Shown here in pieces: positions 59,402 through 64,000 of a stretch of DNA of 64,000 nucleotides (positions are counted from its first letter, which is position 1; each line of letters starts with the position of its first letter). Origin of the DNA: the human T2T-CHM13v2.0 reference genome, Homo sapiens; NCBI RefSeq assembly GCF_009914755.1, contig NC_060930.1; one strand, written 5' to 3'. Under the pieces are notes generated by a model. That model searched no databases and had not been told where the DNA came from. It saw nothing but the letters and a program-made list of their open reading frames with translations. The translations under genes and the position numbers were made by a program.

Positions 59402-59805
59402 TTACGTGAGGAGAACAATCTGTGTCTCATATTTAAAATTTACAAGTATAGATACATTTTTCATGAATATTTATTAAAAACAATTAAATAAAAATTATTC
59501 CATTAACTCATTTGTTTAACATTTCCATGTAACCACAACAATGCAAAGCACTTTGAGAGCTGCATGGGAGGTCTAAGACATGGTTTCTAATATCGGAGTT
59601 CAAATAGAAATCACATCGGAAGCTGAAGCCACATTGTGTGGTGCTCACTTCCACAGCAGACTTGTACAGCTTGAAGTATTTAAGCAGATTAACTGTAAAG
59701 GAAAAGGAAAAATGTTACTTAGCTGCATCTTAAAAGACTCTTGGGATTCAAACAATCTATAGGAGGAAGACAGCTAACACACCAGCGGTAGAGAAAACAC
59801 AAACA

Positions 59806-59926
59806 TTTTTGTTTGTTCGGTTTTTTGTAGAGACAGGGTCTCCTCTTGAACTCCTGGCCTCAAGGGCTCCTCCTGCCTTAGCCTCCCAAAGTGCTGGGAT
59901 TACAGGTGTGAGACACCATGCCCAGC
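59806..59926 (-). mobile_element. FLAM / Alu monomer with small internal deletion
   Basis: gtagagacagggtctc|ctcttgaactcctggcctcaag..gcctcccaaagtgctgggattacagg. Confidence 0.85.
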
Positions 59927-60064
59927 AAGGACAGATTTTCAAGAAGAGAACACAGCAGGGATGTGGTAACAAGAGGACATCTGTGTAACTGAAGTGGAAA
60001 ATAACATATATTGGAGCTTGAAGGGAAATAAAATTAAATACCTAAGTGAGGAAAATACAATTAG

Positions 60065-60399
60065 TGTTTCAACCATCTGCTACCACTTCCTACTATGCCC
60101 TTCCTTCTGGGAAGGCTCTATTTCCCTTCTTCACTCAGGTAAGGCTCTTGCATAAGTGACTTGCTTTGGCCAATGAAATGGAATTAGATGAAATCACTGT
60201 GATGTCTCTTCTCTCTGTCATAAGGCTGAACGTGCTCCAGATAGAACCAGCTCCATCAGCTTCTGTCGTGGAGTGAGGGCAACTTCAGCCGTGCCACTGC
60301 AAACTCACGATGAGCGTGTAACTGAGCGAGGAATAAATCAGTGTTGTTGAAGCCCCTGGATCAATTATCACTGCAGCTCAGACAATCCTCACTGATACA
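60065..60399 (+). mobile_element. MaLR solo LTR (MLT1I/J-like)
   Basis: gtgacttgctttggccaatgaaatg; ctccatcagc; aataaa..gttgttgaagcc..ctgataca 3' end. Confidence 0.7.
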
Positions 60400-60756
60400 A
60401 TGCTTAGTACCAGATGAAGGATGACGTTAAAGTGAGGACTGATGTCTATCTAGTGTAGGTTTATAAACAGTTTTCATTTCCAAACATGCCTTTTCACTCA
60501 GTGACTTTAACATGGGGATGGGTGATGCTGAACTTGGTCTTGTCTAGCCTTAGTTTACATGGCGGCATGGCAGCCAGTGCTCATGTTCAGGAACCTAAGA
60601 TGAGAAGGCAAGTGTCTTCAGGGTTTACTCAATGTCACTTTCTCATTAAGACTTAACCATCCATTTCAAATTGTAGATGAGTCCCTTCCTCTTTTTTTCT
60701 ACTCTGTATCTCCCTCCCTTATTGTCTTTCTCCACACTACTTCACCACCATTTGCA

Positions 60757-60830
60757 TGTGTGTGTGTATATGTATTTATGTATGTGTGTGTATCATGTAT
60801 ATATATGTGTGTGTGTGTGTATATATATAT
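60757..60830. repeat. (TG)n/(TA)n compound microsatellite
   Basis: Direct reading. Confidence 0.9.
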
Positions 60831-61640
60831 AAACTTATGTTTGCAAAAACATATCTAAAACTTATATAAAATTTATCTAGTTGCAAAAACCTGAAAATTA
60901 ATACACATCTCATAGTTCCTTTCTGAAAAATTATGATCTCTACATCCCCATGAAGAAAGTAAGACAAATAAACAAAGCACTAGGAAAGTTACTCCAGTTA
61001 CTTCATTAGCATGAATTTGCAAGAAAGACTTCAGTCTGCTTTCTTTAACAGATAAAATATATCACAGTTCAGGCAGACCTTGACTTACGCTAACTCGACA
61101 TATCTTGACTAATGAATGACTTATTTACAACTGGGTAGAGACTAGGAAAATCCCCACATATGCTGCCAAATACAATAGGTATCGCTGGCAACCAAATCAG
61201 AACCATTCCCCTGCCTCACAAAATGATACTTAGGTTAAGTGCAATCATTGATTAGTGCAATATTTCTGGTAGATTTGGGGTTAATCTGGTTTTTGCATGC
61301 TGGATGGGGAATTTACCACTGTTATGTTCTTTCATGACAAAACAAATGTGATGTTTTAAACAAAAACATTTTCTAATGCATTTGTGTAATGTTTCCATTT
61401 GAAAGGTAGAGAATGACTGTGCTATATTTGCAAAACACAAGACCTCTCAGGGACAGCATAATACTTTCACTTCCAAAAAGCTTTTCCCCTCAAAGGAAGA
61501 CACTGTGCCCTTGAGAATGACTCTCGAATTAATCATAGAGGAAGAACTTTCATTTATAAATTACTACTCTTACATTTCACAGATGAAAGAAACAGAATAC
61601 TTTATAATATTTAAAAAAACTATCTGGATATGGTGGCTCA

Positions 61641-61956
<316 letters not shown>

Positions 61957-62099
61957 TTAAAATATAGTCCCTTCACATGTCTTTAACTGCATTATATTCA
62001 ATAAAATATTCATTTTAAAATGAAAACTTGAAAGTAACTGACCATTCAAATTTTGAACAAGCTGAAGAAGCTTCAAATAGCAGATAATTACCAATGTTT

Positions 62100-63430
62100 T
62101 AAACGTAGTATGTCCTGGAGGGAATCCAACATCAGGATAAACAAGGCAAAGTCTCTGTTCTACAGAATTCAATGCAGTGCTGGAGACTGAGATGCAACCA
62201 CATAATCCTATCATCTCAAACTGAACTTCAAGGAGGGAGTAACTAACTATGCCCTGAAAATGATGGACAATTTCTAAGAGGGCTTGATACTTGGGCTCTG
62301 TCTTGAAGGATGCAAGGTCCTTCCTTATGAAGAATCTACCATACATAATAGTGCAGAGGTGAAAAGAAAGCACATTCAGGAAACAGTCTGTGATGGCTTC
62401 ACCCAGAATAGAGGGCATTCAATGACCTGGAAGATGTTTTAAGAGGTTATTCAAAAATATTTACTATCAACTCAATGTTTGTCATAGGAAATGATTTTGT
62501 ATAGAAATTATTTCCCCAGATTGTGAAGAGCTCTACGCTGCCTACTTTGGAGTTTATTTTATAGGTAATGAGGAGTTATCAGTGGCTTGTAAACAGGAGA
62601 CTGGTAGGATCAATTTCTTTTTCTTTATTTAAGGAAGGTAACTGGAGTTGGAGGCGAGGGAGACTGGTGACCAAGAGATTAGTTAATAAGCAACTATAAT
62701 GACTGAGGTGAGAGATGATGAAGGGTAAAATGGGGCAGTTAGGCAGGGTGAACGCAGGTGAAGAAATTATCACCATACACAATGGTGTGGCGAAACAAAT
62801 AGGTGGAGAGACACAAGAATCTGCAATAACTTTTAAGAATTTATAACTTAAGGAACTGTTTGGGCATATTAACCAATAACAATGGAGCAACTAGAGATGA
62901 TCAGTGGGCAGTTTTGAATACTAGGAGAGATGTCAAGAGTCATCAAAGGACAGGTTGTAGTTGAGGCCAGGTCAAGAGTCTAAGATGCCACTGTATAGGA
63001 TATAGCAGTAAAAGAAAGAACAGGAAAACAAGAGACCTAAGCAGAGGAAAGGGAGACATCAAACCACTCGGTATCACTCGAGTGATAGAGCCAATGAACA
63101 TGGGCTACAGGGAGTAGGACACAATGTCATGAGGTCGACAGAAGAAAATACATAAGGACTATAACAGTCTTTAGAGGTAGCAATAAGGAAGTCATTGGAG
63201 GAAAATTTGAGAGTTTGTGGGGTTAGAAGCCAGACTGTCATGAAATCAGGAATGGGAAATAAGGCAGAGAAAAAAGGTCGTTTCTGAAAGTTTTGATGAT
63301 GAAGACGCAGAGGAAACAAGGACAGTTGGTTGAGGGTAAGGTAGAGTTGAAAATTAAGGTAAAGGGAACTTAAACATAACTGTATGACCTAAAGATGGAT
63401 CCAGTTAAGAAATCAATGATAGAAGCTATA
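62100..63430 (-). mobile_element. L2 LINE fragment
   Basis: gagtttattttataggtaatgaggag, gaggtgagagatgatga, caataaggaagtcattgg antisense L2 motifs. Confidence 0.7.
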
Positions 63431-63489
63431 ATTGTGAGGCAAAGTAAGACAGAAATAACCTCGGAGATGAAGAAAGGAGGCCACCCTTT

Positions 63490-63650
63490 TTTGAGCATTC
63501 AATGTGTACCAGATGTTTTGCTGTACACTTTCAGATGCATTTCCTAAATTAGCTAAATATTACCAATAAGTAGGTATCAGTATCCCTAATCCATAGTCAG
63601 GAAATGATGGAGTAGAAAGGTTTATTAAAATTGGAATATCTCAGAAGTGA
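63490..63650 (-). mobile_element. MIR fragment
   Basis: ttgagcattcaatgtgtaccag..gtaggtatcagtatccc..gaggaaa-like core. Confidence 0.55.
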
Positions 63651-64000
63651 AGATCTCTATGTGAAATAGGAGACAAATCATATGTTCCAACAGCATTAGG
63701 AATCAAGTAGTGAAAATGGCAGAGCTCCCATATTGAATGAGAAAGTGATTCTTGGCAGATAAGACAAGAAAAAAAATATTCAGAGTGCATGGTAATTATT
63801 GAATAATAACAAAAAGTTAACCTGGAATGATTGCATTATTTTCAAGCACTAGCTCAACCATAAGTGTATTCTTATATATAAGGTCTAATGAATGCTTTAA
63901 TGAACAATAGCTTTTCATTTTGCCAAAGATACAGGAATATGGTTCAAAGTAATGTTACCTACATTAATCCTCACTAGAGTTTAACCTTAACCCAGTGAAG

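Noticed and set aside
61957-62418. 153-aa minus-strand ORF
   Set aside because: It overlaps decayed L2 sequence and has no recognisable domain; roughly one ORF of this length is expected by chance in six frames of 64 kb

Overview
Primate (human-like) non-coding, repeat-rich genomic DNA, most likely intronic or intergenic. I find no intact protein-coding gene, RNA gene or CRISPR-like array. The one clearly recognisable gene-derived feature is a disabled, intronless keratin-8 (KRT8) processed pseudogene (3423-5089, +). It has a poly(A) signal and a 17-bp target-site duplication (TSD), and it sits inside ORF2 of a ~6.5-kb decayed L1MA-type LINE-1 that also carries two Alus. The rest of the window holds about 29 Alu/FLAM copies, many old L1M/L2/L3/MIR fragments, six solo LTRs (one ERV1-type, five MaLR), MER58A- and MER47A-like DNA transposons, and several micro/minisatellites. 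Almost all ORFs in the supplied track are Alu/L1/L2/low-complexity artefacts. The most notable details are: repeated reuse of the same insertion site (two Alus with a triple TSD; two convergent MaLR LTRs 5 bp apart); templated-insertion and microhomology repair scars; a closely spaced inverted Alu pair; a mirror-symmetric (CCCCT)n tract grown from an Alu tail; a ~400-bp CA/UG-rich tract; a duplicated CACGTG E-box; a hairpin in unique sequence; and a few weak minus-strand cryptic exon candidates. Subfamily calls and old-repeat boundaries are by eye and approximate. I see no convincing evidence of a previously undescribed biological system.
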